From positions 1,376,001-1,440,000 of the forward strand of contig OY761611.1 in the NCBI GenBank assembly GCA_963664875.1: a stretch of DNA of 64,000 bases, given 5' to 3'. Each line of letters opens with the position of its first letter. The stretch's first letter is position 1. Positions 45,615 through 62,856 of this stretch are shown in pieces. Below the pieces are notes generated by a model, which ran no database searches, was not told where the DNA came from, and saw only the letters and a program-made list of their open reading frames with translations. The position numbers and the translations under genes were made by a program. This stretch comes from Candidatus Kapaibacterium sp. (GTDB lineage Bacteria > Bacteroidota > Ignavibacteria > Kapaibacteriales > UBA2268).

Positions 45615-45671
45615 ATAGTCTCTCATGCATTCTCAAAAAATAGGAAGCACGTCAATTATAAAGTACTCTTG

Positions 45672-47166
<1,495 letters not shown>

Positions 47167-47580
47167 TTTATATAAAGAATTGTTATTCTCTGTTTATTTG
47201 CTTGTGAGTTTGATCACAAAAATTGTTTTACTCTTTTTAATTGACTGTGCTTCCTGTTTTCAAAGAACGCCGATTCGCATTCAATTGCAAGTTCAAAATT
47301 AAGAACTTTTTCTGTTCTTCACAAATTAATATTTAAAAACTTAATCAGCCTCTTCAATATTAACTCGCCTTCATTACCTGCTTTCTTAGAACGTCTTTTC
47401 TTTCCCTTCATCGCGGGACAGAATTCAAAACTACGGACTTTTTTTTAAATCTCCAAATTTTATTTTTAGATTTTTTTCCGCCTCATAGTGCTGAAGTTTG
47501 ATCTCGCGTGAGATGCTTGCTTTAGAGTAAAAAACCCTTATCACTTTTGAAGTGAGAAGGGTTAATTCTCAATATTAGAA

Positions 47581-47696
47581 TCCGGCAGCGACCTACTCTT
47601 CCACGCAGTCACCCACGCAGTACCATCGGCGCAACAGGTCTTAACTACTCTGTTCGGAAAGGGAAGAGGTGTAGCCCCTGTGCCATAGCCACCGGA
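47581..47696 (-). rRNA. rrf: 5S rRNA, operon B
   Basis: Same sequence as operon A copy. Confidence 0.95.
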
Positions 47697-47824
47697 AAAA
47701 AAGATTTATATAAGGAAGTAAAATACGTAATATATAGAGCAAAAGTATAATAGAAGTAAGAGATGAAACAATATAATAATTTGTAAGTCTAAAGAGATTG
47801 GTATAACAACTCAAAACTATTATT

Positions 47825-50639
<2,815 letters not shown>

Positions 50640-50839
50640 GAATTAGTTTTGAGTTGTTATACTAATCTCTTCGACGCAAATTATTAAGTTTCATACTTAC
50701 ATTTATATCTTTGCAGATACTTTTGGCTCTATTGTATTTTACTTTACTGCCTTTGTATGGGCAGTAACACCTTAATTGTCAAATAACTTTTCAATTTTGT
50801 AAATTTTCTTACAGGAATGCGCTTAGCATCCATTGTTTG

Positions 50840-50912
50840 TGGATCTAAGCGGGATCGAACCGCTAACCTCCGGCTTGCAAAGCCGGCGCTCTCCCAGTTG
50901 AGCTATAGACCC
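50840..50912 (-). tRNA. tRNA-Ala(TGC)
   Basis: Same as 45454-45526. Confidence 0.95.
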
Positions 50913-50926
50913 TGATTTCGCATATG

Positions 50927-51000
<74 letters not shown>

Positions 51001-51057
51001 ATAGTCTCTCATGCATTCTCAAAAAATAGGAAGCACGTCAATTATAAAGTACTCTTG

Positions 51058-52552
<1,495 letters not shown>

Positions 52553-53236
52553 TTTATATAAAGAATTGTTATTCTCTGTTTATTTGCTTGTGAGTTTGAT
52601 CACAAAAATTGTTTTACTCTTTTTAATTGACTGTGCTTCCTGTTTTCAAAGAACGCCGATTCGCATTCAATTGCAAGTTCAAAATTAAGAACTTTTTCTG
52701 TTCTTCACAAATTAATATTTAAAAACTTAATCAGCCTCTTCAATATTAACTCGCCTTCATTACCTGCTTTCTTAGAACGTCTTTTCTTTCCCTTCATCGC
52801 GGGACAGAATTCAAAACTACGGACTTTTTTTTAAATCTCCAAATTTTATTTTTCGATTTTTTTCCGCCTCATAGTGCTGAAGTTTGATCTCGCGCATCAC
52901 CGAAAAGAACTCTTAACATCACCCCGTTTTCAAGGGGACACAAAATTACGAAATCTCTCAACAAACACCAAATGTTTTTTTCAACTTTTTTTCGCCTGCT
53001 CTAAGAGATTTGTAAAAGAACTGTTAACTTCTGCCCTCATTTCTTAAGGGATACAAATATATCCTTTTTCCCTTTTCTGTGCAAGCTTTTTTTTGACTTT
53101 TTCTGCGTTTTTGTCCAAAGAATTGAACAAATTTTTCCGTATATTTATAATATAGGACAAGTGCAATTTTGATTTAGATATTCCTACAAAATTCATAAGC
53201 CTTACTAATTTGACGAACTCATACTCAGAGGTTGAA

Positions 53237-54094
53237 ATGATCAAAAGGATTTTAGTACCATTAGATGCCTCGCTTTATTGCGAAAAGTCAATCGAACAAG
53301 CCATTACAGTTGCAAAAATTCACGACGCTGAAATCACAGGGCTGGTAATTCTTGATATTAAAGGTATAAACAAATCTGTTGGTCCGGTACCTGCAGGAGC
53401 TGCTTACTACGCAAAAAAATTAGAAAAGAACAAAGTCAAAGTTGCAGATAATCTAATCAAAAGTCTGCTCAATAAGTTTGAAGAAAAATGTAAAGATGCA
53501 AAAGCCAAATATCTCATCCATGAGAGACAAGGTCTTCCCAGCAAAAAGATATTGGAAGAATCTATGTTCTACGACTTACTTGTGATTGGTAAAAAGACTT
53601 ATTACGAGTTTGATGCAGACAAAGATAAAGGCGGAGCTTCTTTCGAAGAAATTTTGGATCATAGTATCACTCCAATACTGACTGTTCCGGCTAACTTTCA
53701 TGCCCCAAATCTTGAAAAATCTAATGTAAAAGTACTGATTTCTTATGATGGCAGCCTTCCTTGTAGCAGGAGTGTCCAAAGGTTTGCTCAGCTTGCCGGG
53801 CTTGTTGGTAAAAATATCGAAATTCATGTAGTAATGTCGCATGACAATGAGAAACTTGCCGGTCACTATCTGATGGATATAAAGAAATACCTAAAGGCAC
53901 ATAATTTCAATAATGTGCACACAGTATATACTCCTGAGAACGTAAAGAAATTTATTGGAAACAATTATTTAGATTGGGCAGATATGTATGTTTTGGGAGC
54001 TCACTCTCAAAAAGGTCTTACAGAATATCTGACCGGTTCATATACAAAATATCTGATAAACAATACAAACGCACCAATTTTTATTGGGCAATAA
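53237..54094 (+). CDS. Universal stress protein (two USP domains)
   Basis: MIKRILVPLDAS, DLLVIG, VLISYDGS, VLGAHS; GAGG RBS before ATG 53237. Confidence 0.88.
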   Translation: MIKRILVPLDASLYCEKSIEQAITVAKIHDAEITGLVILDIKGINKSVGPVPAGAAYYAKKLEKNKVKVADNLIKSLLNKFEEKCKDAKAKYLIHERQGLPSKKILEESMFYDLLVIGKKTYYEFDADKDKGGASFEEILDHSITPILTVPANFHAPNLEKSNVKVLISYDGSLPCSRSVQRFAQLAGLVGKNIEIHVVMSHDNEKLAGHYLMDIKKYLKAHNFNNVHTVYTPENVKKFIGNNYLDWADMYVLGAHSQKGLTEYLTGSYTKYLINNTNAPIFIGQ

Positions 54095-54113
54095 ATTTTA
54101 GAAAGGGTGGCAA

Positions 54114-55034
54114 TTAGTCGCCCTTTATTATTTCTCTTAACGCTTCTACTAACGCTTCGAATCTAAATTCATACCCTGCCTTGATTAAATTGTCAGGATA
54201 TACTTTTTGCCCCTCTAATACCATAGATGCCATCTCACCCATTATAATCTTTAATATAAATGATGGAACAGGTAATAGATTAGGTCTTCTCATAATTTTT
54301 GCTAAAGCTTTAGAAAACTTTGCCATATATACTGCATCAGGAGCTACCAAATTAAATACGTCTTCTTTAGGTGTGGTTTCTATAATGTAAATTATCGCCT
54401 TTACTATATCTTCTATATGAATCCATGGAACGTACTGTTTGCCTGAGCCAATTTGACCTCCTACGAAAAATTTATAAGGTAGCATCATTTTTTCAAGTGC
54501 GCCTCCATTTTCGCTAAGAACTACTCCAATTCTTATGATTTTTGTATCAACTTTAGAGCTTTTAGTTGCATTTTCCCACATTTCACATACATCACTCAAA
54601 AAACTTACGCCTTTAGAGGCGTTCTCAGGCACTTTTTCCGATACATTACCATAATACCCTACTGCAGAGGCTGAAATAAAGAGACTCACTTTCGAATTAT
54701 CTCCACATAAATCATTGGCAAGATATTCTGTCCCATTTACTCTTGAGTTTATAATTTTTGTTTTGATATCCTCGCTCCAGCGGCTCTGGGCAATTGGATA
54801 ACCTGCGAGATTTATTATAGAATAAGACTCGCCTTTAAACACACGCTCTACATCATCGCGAATATCATGAGGATACTCAGAATCCCAAATGATACATTCG
54901 GTTTTAACATCGTCAATTTTATTTACTTTTTTTCTACTAAGGAGGACTATATTATATCCTAAATGATTTAATTGTCGAACGAGTGCTTTTCCTATCAAAC
55001 CGGTGCCGCCGGTAATTAGAATATTCTTTGTCAT
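54114..55034 (-). CDS. TIGR01777-family NAD-dependent epimerase
   Basis: ITGGTGLIG, INLAG, SASAVGYYG, GSGKQYVPWIH. Confidence 0.92.
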   Translation of the reverse strand: MTKNILITGGTGLIGKALVRQLNHLGYNIVLLSRKKVNKIDDVKTECIIWDSEYPHDIRDDVERVFKGESYSIINLAGYPIAQSRWSEDIKTKIINSRVNGTEYLANDLCGDNSKVSLFISASAVGYYGNVSEKVPENASKGVSFLSDVCEMWENATKSSKVDTKIIRIGVVLSENGGALEKMMLPYKFFVGGQIGSGKQYVPWIHIEDIVKAIIYIIETTPKEDVFNLVAPDAVYMAKFSKALAKIMRRPNLLPVPSFILKIIMGEMASMVLEGQKVYPDNLIKAGYEFRFEALVEALREIIKGD

Positions 55035-55162
55035 GACACAGCCTAATATTTGTTACCATTATAAACCGACGAAGCAATTTCCATAAAATTAGGCACAAAA
55101 AAAGCGTAGTCAGAATAAACTACGCTTTTATCAAAAATTTTGCTTATGATTCTAAGTGATGA

Positions 55163-55612
55163 CTACTCGTCTTCGTTTATAACCCAAACTTTTAGAGTAG
55201 CGATAACTTCAGGGTGAAGTTTAACTTTAACATCAAATACACCCAATGATTTGATAGCATCTTCGATAACGATATTTCTTTTATCGATATCATAGCCTTT
55301 AAGAGCAAGCTCTTGACCAATCATTTGTGGAGTAACAGAACCATAGAGACGACCTTCTTCGCCGACTTTCATAGCGATACTGATCTGAACATCAACGATT
55401 TTCTCAGCCAATGCTTCGGCTTTACCTTTTTCCTCTTCCATACGTTTGAGGTATTGTCTTTTCTCAGCTTCAAGGCGTTTCATAGCACCATCAGTAGCAA
55501 GATAAGCGTATCCTCTAGGGATAAGGTAGTTTCTGGCATAGCCGTCTTTTACGTTAAGGATGTCACCCATAACACCGAGTTTATCAACATCTTGGCGCAA
55601 AATGACTTTCAT
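55163..55612 (-). CDS. rplI: 50S ribosomal protein L9
   Basis: VKDGYARNYLIP, GRLYGSVT, LHPEV. Confidence 0.97.
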   Translation of the reverse strand: MKVILRQDVDKLGVMGDILNVKDGYARNYLIPRGYAYLATDGAMKRLEAEKRQYLKRMEEEKGKAEALAEKIVDVQISIAMKVGEEGRLYGSVTPQMIGQELALKGYDIDKRNIVIEDAIKSLGVFDVKVKLHPEVIATLKVWVINEDE

Positions 55613-55665
55613 TATTTCTATCCCTCAGTTAAATTTTTATCAAATTATACTTGTGATGCTCATGC

Positions 55666-56085
55666 TTACGCATCAACTTCATTTTTATCGGCTGCTTTTT
55701 TTTCTTCTGCTTTTGCATTTTCTTCAGCAGCAGCTGCAGCTTCTTCTCTACCGGCAGAAAGCTCTCTTTCTTTTCTGAATTCTTTGAGTTTATCAGGCAA
55801 TACAAGAGTCAAATGACGTAACACTGTATCTTCAAGATCTAAGAATCTTTCCAATACAGGTACAGAGCTTGGCATTGTTTCAAAAGATACATAGATATAA
55901 AAACCATTGTATTTTTTGTTGATTGGATAAGCCAAACGTCTGCGACCCCATTTGTTGATCTCCAATACTTCACCGCCATGATTTTCGATATAGCCTTTAA
56001 CTTTAGTCAAGACTGTTTCGATATCCGCATCTTCGAGAGCAGCATTTACTATAAATGTAGTCTCATATACACGGCGTATGCTCAT
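55666..56085 (-). CDS. rpsF: 30S ribosomal protein S6
   Basis: YETTFI, WGRRRLAYPINK...GFY, VLRHL. Confidence 0.96.
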   Translation of the reverse strand: MSIRRVYETTFIVNAALEDADIETVLTKVKGYIENHGGEVLEINKWGRRRLAYPINKKYNGFYIYVSFETMPSSVPVLERFLDLEDTVLRHLTLVLPDKLKEFRKERELSAGREEAAAAAEENAKAEEKKAADKNEVDA

Positions 56086-56551
56086 TGTTTACTCCTAAAA
56101 ATATTAAATTGATTTCGTCCCGCCTGCGCTTTTTGCAAGGGGGTTCAGATACAAAGCGACAAATATACCACATATTTGTCAAATTTGCAACTCTTTTTGA
56201 CAATGTGCAGATTATTTGGAGGAATGTTACCGATAGCAACTACAAATATAATAATAATTGAGAACTTCTCAAATTATTTTAGAGTTTTTTATGCTATCCA
56301 TTACTTTCTTCCCAGCGTTCCGACTTGTATTGCAATTTCATATAATTAAAGAACTTAGCTATTTGCTTTATTCTTAGTGCTGTATTTATTTTTTATGAAA
56401 TTTAGTGGTAAGTTTACTTTTTTCATCACTTGTTTTGAATATTTGACTATATTTGTTCTCTATAATAATAGCATATCCCGTTTAGCAATATTAACTTAGC
56501 TTTCGGGAGCAAGTAAAACTCCAGCATTATCAATTATCTCAGGTGCGTATC

Positions 56552-57931
56552 ATGGTAGAAGGTACTCTTAACACGAATGAAAATGTACAACAAAATGTTG
56601 ACAACCAAGAAAATATGAATGTTGAACCTAAAACTGAAGAAGTACAGCAAGAAGCTGCTCAGGAAATGACTGCTTCCACACCTGAGGTAAACTCCGAATC
56701 TCCGGCTGAAGCTAAGCAAAAACACTACGAAGAACTCTTCGAAAAACTCAAAGATTGCAGCGTTAACGGAAAATCTTTTGATGTTAAAGTTTCTGCTCGC
56801 ATTCGTGGTGGTCTTCGCGTTATGTTCGAAGATATGCCTCTTTTCCTTCCTGCTTCTCATTTCTGTTTGAAAAAGAATCCGACAGAAGACGAACTTGCTG
56901 CTTACATCGGCAAAGATGTTACAGTTATGATTCACGAGCTTCAAGAAGAAGAAAACAGAAAAACTGTTATCGTTAGCAGAAAAAAACTTTTAGAAGAAGA
57001 TTTCTGGAGCAATATCAAAGTTGGCGATAAAGTAAAAGGTAGTGTGTCTTCTATAGCTAAATTCGGTATTTTTATCGATCTTGGTGGCATCGAAGGTCTA
57101 ATCCATATTTCAAGACTTTCTCAAATGCACATTGGCGACCCTAAAGATGTAGCTAAAAAAGGCGATGAATTGGAAGCTGTAGTTGTTGAAATCGATCGAG
57201 AAAACAGCAGAATCGCTCTCAGCAGAAAAGAATTAGAACCATCTCCTTGGTCAGGCATCACTCAAGAATTCGAAATCGGCTCTGTTCATAAAGGTATCGT
57301 TCGCAGATTTACTGACTTCGGTGCTTATATTGAATTAAGAAAAGGCATTGACGGTCTTTTGAGAAACAGCGAGCTTTCTTGGACTAAACGCATCCAAAAA
57401 CCTGCTGCTATTCTCGAAAAAAATCAGGAAATCGAAGTTAAAGTTGTTGCTATTTCAGAAGAAAAGCAAACTATGGCTCTTAGCGTCAAACAGCTTAGCG
57501 ACAATCCTTGGCCGGCGATGAAAGAAAAATTTGAAGTAGGCTCAGAACTTAATGGTACTATTTCTCAGGTAGTTCAGCAAGGTATCGTTGTTACTGTAGA
57601 TGGAGATATCGATGGTTTTATGCCTCGCAGCAAAATGACTCATATCCCTCGCGGTGCTAAGTTGCCTTATAACGTAGGCGATGCTATCGAAGTGTTGGTT
57701 GCTGATTTAGTGATTGACGAAGAGTCTCTCATTTTACAACCAAAATTGAGCGAAGAACAAATCGCTTCTGCTTCTAACGACTCAGAACAACGCGATAGAA
57801 GACCTCGTGCTCCTAAAAAATCTGTTACTCCTGAATCTGCTAAAGCAAGTGCTGCCGGCAGTTCTTTCTCAATCGGTGATTTGCTCTCTGAAGCATCTAA
57901 AACTGATTTAATGAAAAAAGTTAACAACTAA
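56552..57931 (+). CDS. Ribosomal protein S1-like protein (about four S1 domains)
   Basis: FLPASH, FGIFIDLGGIEGLIHIS, DFGAYIEL..GIDGLL..SELSW, DGFMP. Confidence 0.85.
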   Translation: MVEGTLNTNENVQQNVDNQENMNVEPKTEEVQQEAAQEMTASTPEVNSESPAEAKQKHYEELFEKLKDCSVNGKSFDVKVSARIRGGLRVMFEDMPLFLPASHFCLKKNPTEDELAAYIGKDVTVMIHELQEEENRKTVIVSRKKLLEEDFWSNIKVGDKVKGSVSSIAKFGIFIDLGGIEGLIHISRLSQMHIGDPKDVAKKGDELEAVVVEIDRENSRIALSRKELEPSPWSGITQEFEIGSVHKGIVRRFTDFGAYIELRKGIDGLLRNSELSWTKRIQKPAAILEKNQEIEVKVVAISEEKQTMALSVKQLSDNPWPAMKEKFEVGSELNGTISQVVQQGIVVTVDGDIDGFMPRSKMTHIPRGAKLPYNVGDAIEVLVADLVIDEESLILQPKLSEEQIASASNDSEQRDRRPRAPKKSVTPESAKASAAGSSFSIGDLLSEASKTDLMKKVNN

Positions 57932-58200
57932 TATAAAAATATCCCGTATTAAACCGATACATAATATTTGTATCGGTTTTTTTTTGTCCGACAGAGAATT
58001 ACGAAAAACATCTTTACTTATTGAAGTACTTGTTTTTTTTTGCAAATTAGGATATTCTTTACATTTTCTGTTGAACTTAAAACATTCCTGTCAGTACATA
58101 CATAGATACAATTATTCCCTTTCAATTTGGGATATTGGTTTATTTTCTTTGAAAAAATACGTATATTATTCTTTTATAAATTTTGCGATTTATACCTTTT

Positions 58201-58935
58201 ATGGGCAAATATTTATCTCATATTTTTTGTTTTGCTTTAGCTGTTGCTTATTTTTCTTTGAATGCGACTGCTCAGCAGCAAGATTTCAGACCTCTGAAAA
58301 AGCCAAATACAGACTCTTTAAATACCGGGAGGGACAGTTCCGGGGTTACCTCCCCTTCTGCCTCTGATAATGATTTCACATCGCAGCAGGATAGTGCTTT
58401 TTTTACTGCTATGAATCTTAGAATTCCTACCGGTTCACGTCTGCAATACGATTTGGCTCTATCGGAAAGTGCCTGGAGATTGCAAAAAGATATTGAAAAC
58501 GGTTCGCCTTGGCAAATTGCTATCAATAATATCAGGGCTATCCCTCGTGAGTATTTCGCTCCCGATCCGGCTGATGTTTATAATCACGAATATAACATAA
58601 AACAGGCTCTTAGCGTTCCTTATATGAATACATATAACCCGTATGGATTGAAAATTCCTTTGGGTGCTATTGGCAAACTTTTGGGCTTAGTGCAGGATGT
58701 TTCTCCAAAGATGGCTTTCGAATTAGACTATAATGCTGAGGTAGAAATCGTAATTTATTCTGTGCAGGCATCTGTAGTCGCTACCATCTTTAAGGGCTCC
58801 AAAAAACCCGGGTATCACACATATACATGGAACGGCAGAAATGATCAAGGCAAGAAAATGCCTCCGGGCGACTATATTGGCGAAATTCGAATCGGTAACA
58901 GAAAATACATCAGAAAACGAATTGTAATATACTAA
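58201..58935 (+). CDS. Secreted protein with C-terminal FlgD-like Ig domain
   Basis: Signal peptide; YTWNGRNDQGKKMPPGDY. Confidence 0.75.
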   Translation: MGKYLSHIFCFALAVAYFSLNATAQQQDFRPLKKPNTDSLNTGRDSSGVTSPSASDNDFTSQQDSAFFTAMNLRIPTGSRLQYDLALSESAWRLQKDIENGSPWQIAINNIRAIPREYFAPDPADVYNHEYNIKQALSVPYMNTYNPYGLKIPLGAIGKLLGLVQDVSPKMAFELDYNAEVEIVIYSVQASVVATIFKGSKKPGYHTYTWNGRNDQGKKMPPGDYIGEIRIGNRKYIRKRIVIY

Positions 58936-58982
58936 TAGCTGAATAAAATGGGGTATAATCATGATATTGTACCTCATTTTTT

Positions 58983-60413
58983 TTACTTTGCGATGTTGCT
59001 CGCCATACCGTCAAATACAAAATGATGAAATGGCAACACTGCATACCAGTATAGTCTTCCCAATAATCCATTCGGTCTAAAAGTCGCTGTTTGCTGCAGA
59101 TAAGTCTTATCGTCTTTTTTGATTAGTTCGAACTCAAGCCATGCTTCGCCGGGTAGCTTCATCTCTGCATATAAAAGAAGACGCTTTCTCTCTTTGTTAG
59201 CAACTATAACTCTCCAAAAATCGAGAGCATCGCCTGCATTTATTTCATGGCGGTTTGTTCTGCCTCGTCGAAGTCCGACTCCTCCCCATACTTTGTCTAA
59301 AAAGCCTCTGACAGACCAAAGCCAATCCGCATAATACCAGCCGGTATCACCTCCTATGCTCCAGAGTTTATTCATAGTTTGCGTAATATCTTTCACTTCC
59401 TTTCTGCGAAAATCCTTGAATGTGCCAAACTCAGGAACCTTGAGTACTTTGTCAATATGCGAGTATTTTGTGTCACTATTTATAGAGTCTTTCCATGATG
59501 AAAGCACATTGTCCTGCTCAATTTTTTTGAAAGCAAGAGCGACTGCATCTTTGTAACTGATAAGCTCCAAGTCAATCAAATCTTTTATCTTTCGCTCTCC
59601 GCAGACAACATCTATCTTCATAGAATTAACTAAATTGACTGCTAATGGGTAAGACGTTGATGTAATGAAATATAGCCAATAAGAAGAAAGTCGAGGTGTC
59701 ATAATCGGTAGAGCAAGTATCTTGCGACGCAAACCTCTGACATCTGCATATTGTAGCAACATTTCTTTGTATGTTAGCACATCATCGCTCCCTATGTCAA
59801 AGCTTTTGCCGTAAAACCTTTCGTCCAATGGAATTTTTGTAAGATATTCGATTACATTCCTAACAGCTATCGGCTGGCACCTGCTTTTTAGCCAACGGGG
59901 AGTAATCATCAAAGGTAGCTTTTCGGTAATATCTCTTATAATTTCAAATGAGGCAGAACCGGAGCCAATTATTATACCAGCCCGCAAAGTAGTAAGAGCA
60001 GAGGTAGCACTACTCAAAACGTTTTCTACATTACGGCGCGAGCGTAGATGCTCTGAAAGCTCCTCCGAATTGCTGATGCCACTCAAATATATCGTATGCT
60101 TACAATGAGTCATATTCAACAAAGAAACAAAATTTTCTGCTGCAACCGTCTCTTTTGATTCAAAATTGCTGACAGAGCTACTCATAGCATGGATAAGGAA
60201 GTAAGCGACGTCTATTTCCTTTGGCAATATATCAGGAGGATTATTCTCTAAAAAGTCAATTTCTACAAGTTTGATCCGGTTTTCAGGATAAATAGATTTG
60301 TCGAAGCGTGAAATGTCTCGCAGACAGCAATAGACTGTGTGCCCTTGTTCGATTAGTACAGGGATCAGGCGTTTACCTATATAGCCATTGGCACCGGTTA
60401 GTAGTATATTCAT
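58983..60413 (-). CDS. SDR-like oxidoreductase with DUF2867 (YbjT-like)
   Basis: LTGANGYIG, SEHLRSR, GSGSASFE, LYAEMKLPGEAWLEF. Confidence 0.9.
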   Translation of the reverse strand: MNILLTGANGYIGKRLIPVLIEQGHTVYCCLRDISRFDKSIYPENRIKLVEIDFLENNPPDILPKEIDVAYFLIHAMSSSVSNFESKETVAAENFVSLLNMTHCKHTIYLSGISNSEELSEHLRSRRNVENVLSSATSALTTLRAGIIIGSGSASFEIIRDITEKLPLMITPRWLKSRCQPIAVRNVIEYLTKIPLDERFYGKSFDIGSDDVLTYKEMLLQYADVRGLRRKILALPIMTPRLSSYWLYFITSTSYPLAVNLVNSMKIDVVCGERKIKDLIDLELISYKDAVALAFKKIEQDNVLSSWKDSINSDTKYSHIDKVLKVPEFGTFKDFRRKEVKDITQTMNKLWSIGGDTGWYYADWLWSVRGFLDKVWGGVGLRRGRTNRHEINAGDALDFWRVIVANKERKRLLLYAEMKLPGEAWLEFELIKKDDKTYLQQTATFRPNGLLGRLYWYAVLPFHHFVFDGMASNIAK

Positions 60414-60506
60414 ACATTAGGAGACGCATGATTAGCATATTATTGAAAAAGCGACTTACCTCTTTCAAAGTAAGCCGCAAAAATACATTTCAAATCGTCA
60501 CACTAT

Positions 60507-62744
60507 TTACTTTACTACAAACTTATGGCTATAAAGCGAGCCGTTTGCAGCGTAACTGATAAAATATACTCCCTTTGGTATTTCGCCAAGATATATTTCA
60601 GTTTCGCTACCCGTGTGATTAAAAGTAAAGTTAGTTACACCTTTTCCCGAAACATCACAGATTGAAATCAAATCCAATTCAGGAATTTCAGTGTCATGTT
60701 CTATTGTAATTGTATTGTTGCTTACAGGATTGGGATAAAGTTTATCCGAAGAGTTAAATACTATAGGCTCTTTTGTAGAAGTTTGGATAAGATCAAACAC
60801 ATAAAGACAACCGTTTTTATCTGTGTGTACAAACATGCCATTAGCTTGTTTTTTTAGATAAACACTATAAGTACGATAGGTTATATCTTTCGTATGAAAA
60901 TATAAAGTTGAAAAATCTATAAGCCCGATAGTTTCATTATCATAAAAATCATAGATTTCCATACCTTCACTAGTTGATATAAGAGCTGTAGTATCTGATA
61001 AGAAGTCATAATTGGTATCTACATACCTTTTTCCAAAGTTATAAACACTATCTTGGTCGAAATTTTTAATTAGAACTTCGGTTCCGCTTGCCCCCCAAGT
61101 AGAGTATATAATAATTTCTTTATCATACATATACCTGAATTTTTGATAATAACTAGATTTTATATCCTCTAACATTCCTATTTCTTGCAATTCTTCAGTT
61201 TGCATATCTAATTTGTATATCTTCTCAACATAATTAGTATCAGCAAGCATTACTCTTAAGCCATCTTTATGCTTAAAAATTCGAAAAGCAATTGTAGATG
61301 GTGTTGGTAATTTTATGTATGATATATCTTGTTCTCCTGTTTCAATATTATATTTTGTAATAAAACCTTTTTTACCGGCTATTAGAAACTCAGTATTAGA
61401 AATAAATTGTATATCTTCAAACATATAGCCTTCAGTTGACATATCCAATTTCTTAATCAAATTCCCATTTGTATTATCAAACACAAAAAGTGGACTTGGG
61501 ATTGATAAGTATATCAAATATTTCTCATCATCAGAAATCTCTATTGGATCTCCATCAATATTATACCCAATATCTCCATCAAAATATTGCCAATTTGTTT
61601 TACCGGTAACTAAATCTTTAGATACAATAGATCCCATTTTGTCATTATTAACTGTGATCAATGCAGAACTACTATATATTCCTAAATTATACGGAGCAGT
61701 GCTAGGACATATAAATAATGTTTCTAAACTTTCTACATCTAAAATATTAGTTTGCCCTTTAAAACTACTTTCTTCGATCAATAATCGAGTACTATCAATA
61801 AAGGATAGTTGTTCCGCACTAAAATGCAAATCGATTTCTTTCTTAGTATTCGTTTTTAGATTATATAAAGTAATTCCATTAGAACTATTTGCAGCCAGAT
61901 ATTTATTGCCGATTGACATGGAAATCTTATCCGTATCTATATATGTATCTATTGGAAGTTTATTAACTACTTGTTTTTGTACTACATCATAGATAAAAAT
62001 ATATTCTAAAGTTCTACTTCTACCATATAAATATTTACCATCTGCACTTACTTCAATATCTAATGTCCACTCTTGAATATATTGATGTAGTGGTGTAACA
62101 GCATTTGTCAATAAATTATATGAAAATACTCGACCATATATACTAGTGAAATAGACATTTTCTGAAGTATTATCACAAGCAAAAGACGATATTTCATCTT
62201 CAAATGCAAGCGAATCTGCAGTATTGGTATTAAAATCGTAAAGATATACTGTATTCATCATTTTAGCATCTGAAGGCAACCCATATGTAATATATGGTGA
62301 ATAACATAACTTATTCGCTTTCTTGTTAAATCCAAACTCAAACGTTAATCCCCCTGGATACCCTCGTAAATAAGGGATTTCTTGTATTACTTCATAGTTT
62401 TCAAGCTTGCAAACATGAAGATCGTTGTCTACAAACAAACCACTATCACCCAGTAAACAAATATTAGACAATGCTCTGTAAGGGGCTTCATATGTCGTAT
62501 CCTTGAGAAGAAATTTCTTCATATATCCAGTTTCAAGATCAACCACCATCATATATCTATGATCGCTGGTTACGTACAATTCATTTTTTATATTTGAAAA
62601 TTCTGATTGACACTTTGCTATCTCGTTACGCTTATAGATGCCTGGTAATTGCACTTTTACCTGACCGTAAGCAGTTAAAACAAAACATAAACCGAATAAT
62701 AAAACAGAGACAATTTTAATCATGATTTTGCTAAATAATAACAC
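60507..62744 (-). CDS. Secreted beta-propeller-like protein with T9SS-type C-terminal sorting domain
   Basis: Signal peptide, beta-rich repeats, LYPNPV...IPKGVYFI...HKFVVK. Confidence 0.8.
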   Translation of the reverse strand: MLLFSKIMIKIVSVLLFGLCFVLTAYGQVKVQLPGIYKRNEIAKCQSEFSNIKNELYVTSDHRYMMVVDLETGYMKKFLLKDTTYEAPYRALSNICLLGDSGLFVDNDLHVCKLENYEVIQEIPYLRGYPGGLTFEFGFNKKANKLCYSPYITYGLPSDAKMMNTVYLYDFNTNTADSLAFEDEISSFACDNTSENVYFTSIYGRVFSYNLLTNAVTPLHQYIQEWTLDIEVSADGKYLYGRSRTLEYIFIYDVVQKQVVNKLPIDTYIDTDKISMSIGNKYLAANSSNGITLYNLKTNTKKEIDLHFSAEQLSFIDSTRLLIEESSFKGQTNILDVESLETLFICPSTAPYNLGIYSSSALITVNNDKMGSIVSKDLVTGKTNWQYFDGDIGYNIDGDPIEISDDEKYLIYLSIPSPLFVFDNTNGNLIKKLDMSTEGYMFEDIQFISNTEFLIAGKKGFITKYNIETGEQDISYIKLPTPSTIAFRIFKHKDGLRVMLADTNYVEKIYKLDMQTEELQEIGMLEDIKSSYYQKFRYMYDKEIIIYSTWGASGTEVLIKNFDQDSVYNFGKRYVDTNYDFLSDTTALISTSEGMEIYDFYDNETIGLIDFSTLYFHTKDITYRTYSVYLKKQANGMFVHTDKNGCLYVFDLIQTSTKEPIVFNSSDKLYPNPVSNNTITIEHDTEIPELDLISICDVSGKGVTNFTFNHTGSETEIYLGEIPKGVYFISYAANGSLYSHKFVVK

Positions 62745-62783
62745 ACTAATATTGTTTAATTCAATATAATAAATAATCCCACA

Positions 62784-62830
62784 AATAACAAACGGCTTAT
62801 TTCAAATTCTGAAATAAGCCGTTTGTTATT
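62784..62830. terminator. 21-bp perfect hairpin after pepP
   Basis: AATAACAAACGGCTTATTTCA-5 nt-TGAAATAAGCCGTTTGTTATT. Confidence 0.75.
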
Positions 62831-62856
62831 GTATTCTTAAAGATTAATAGATATCT

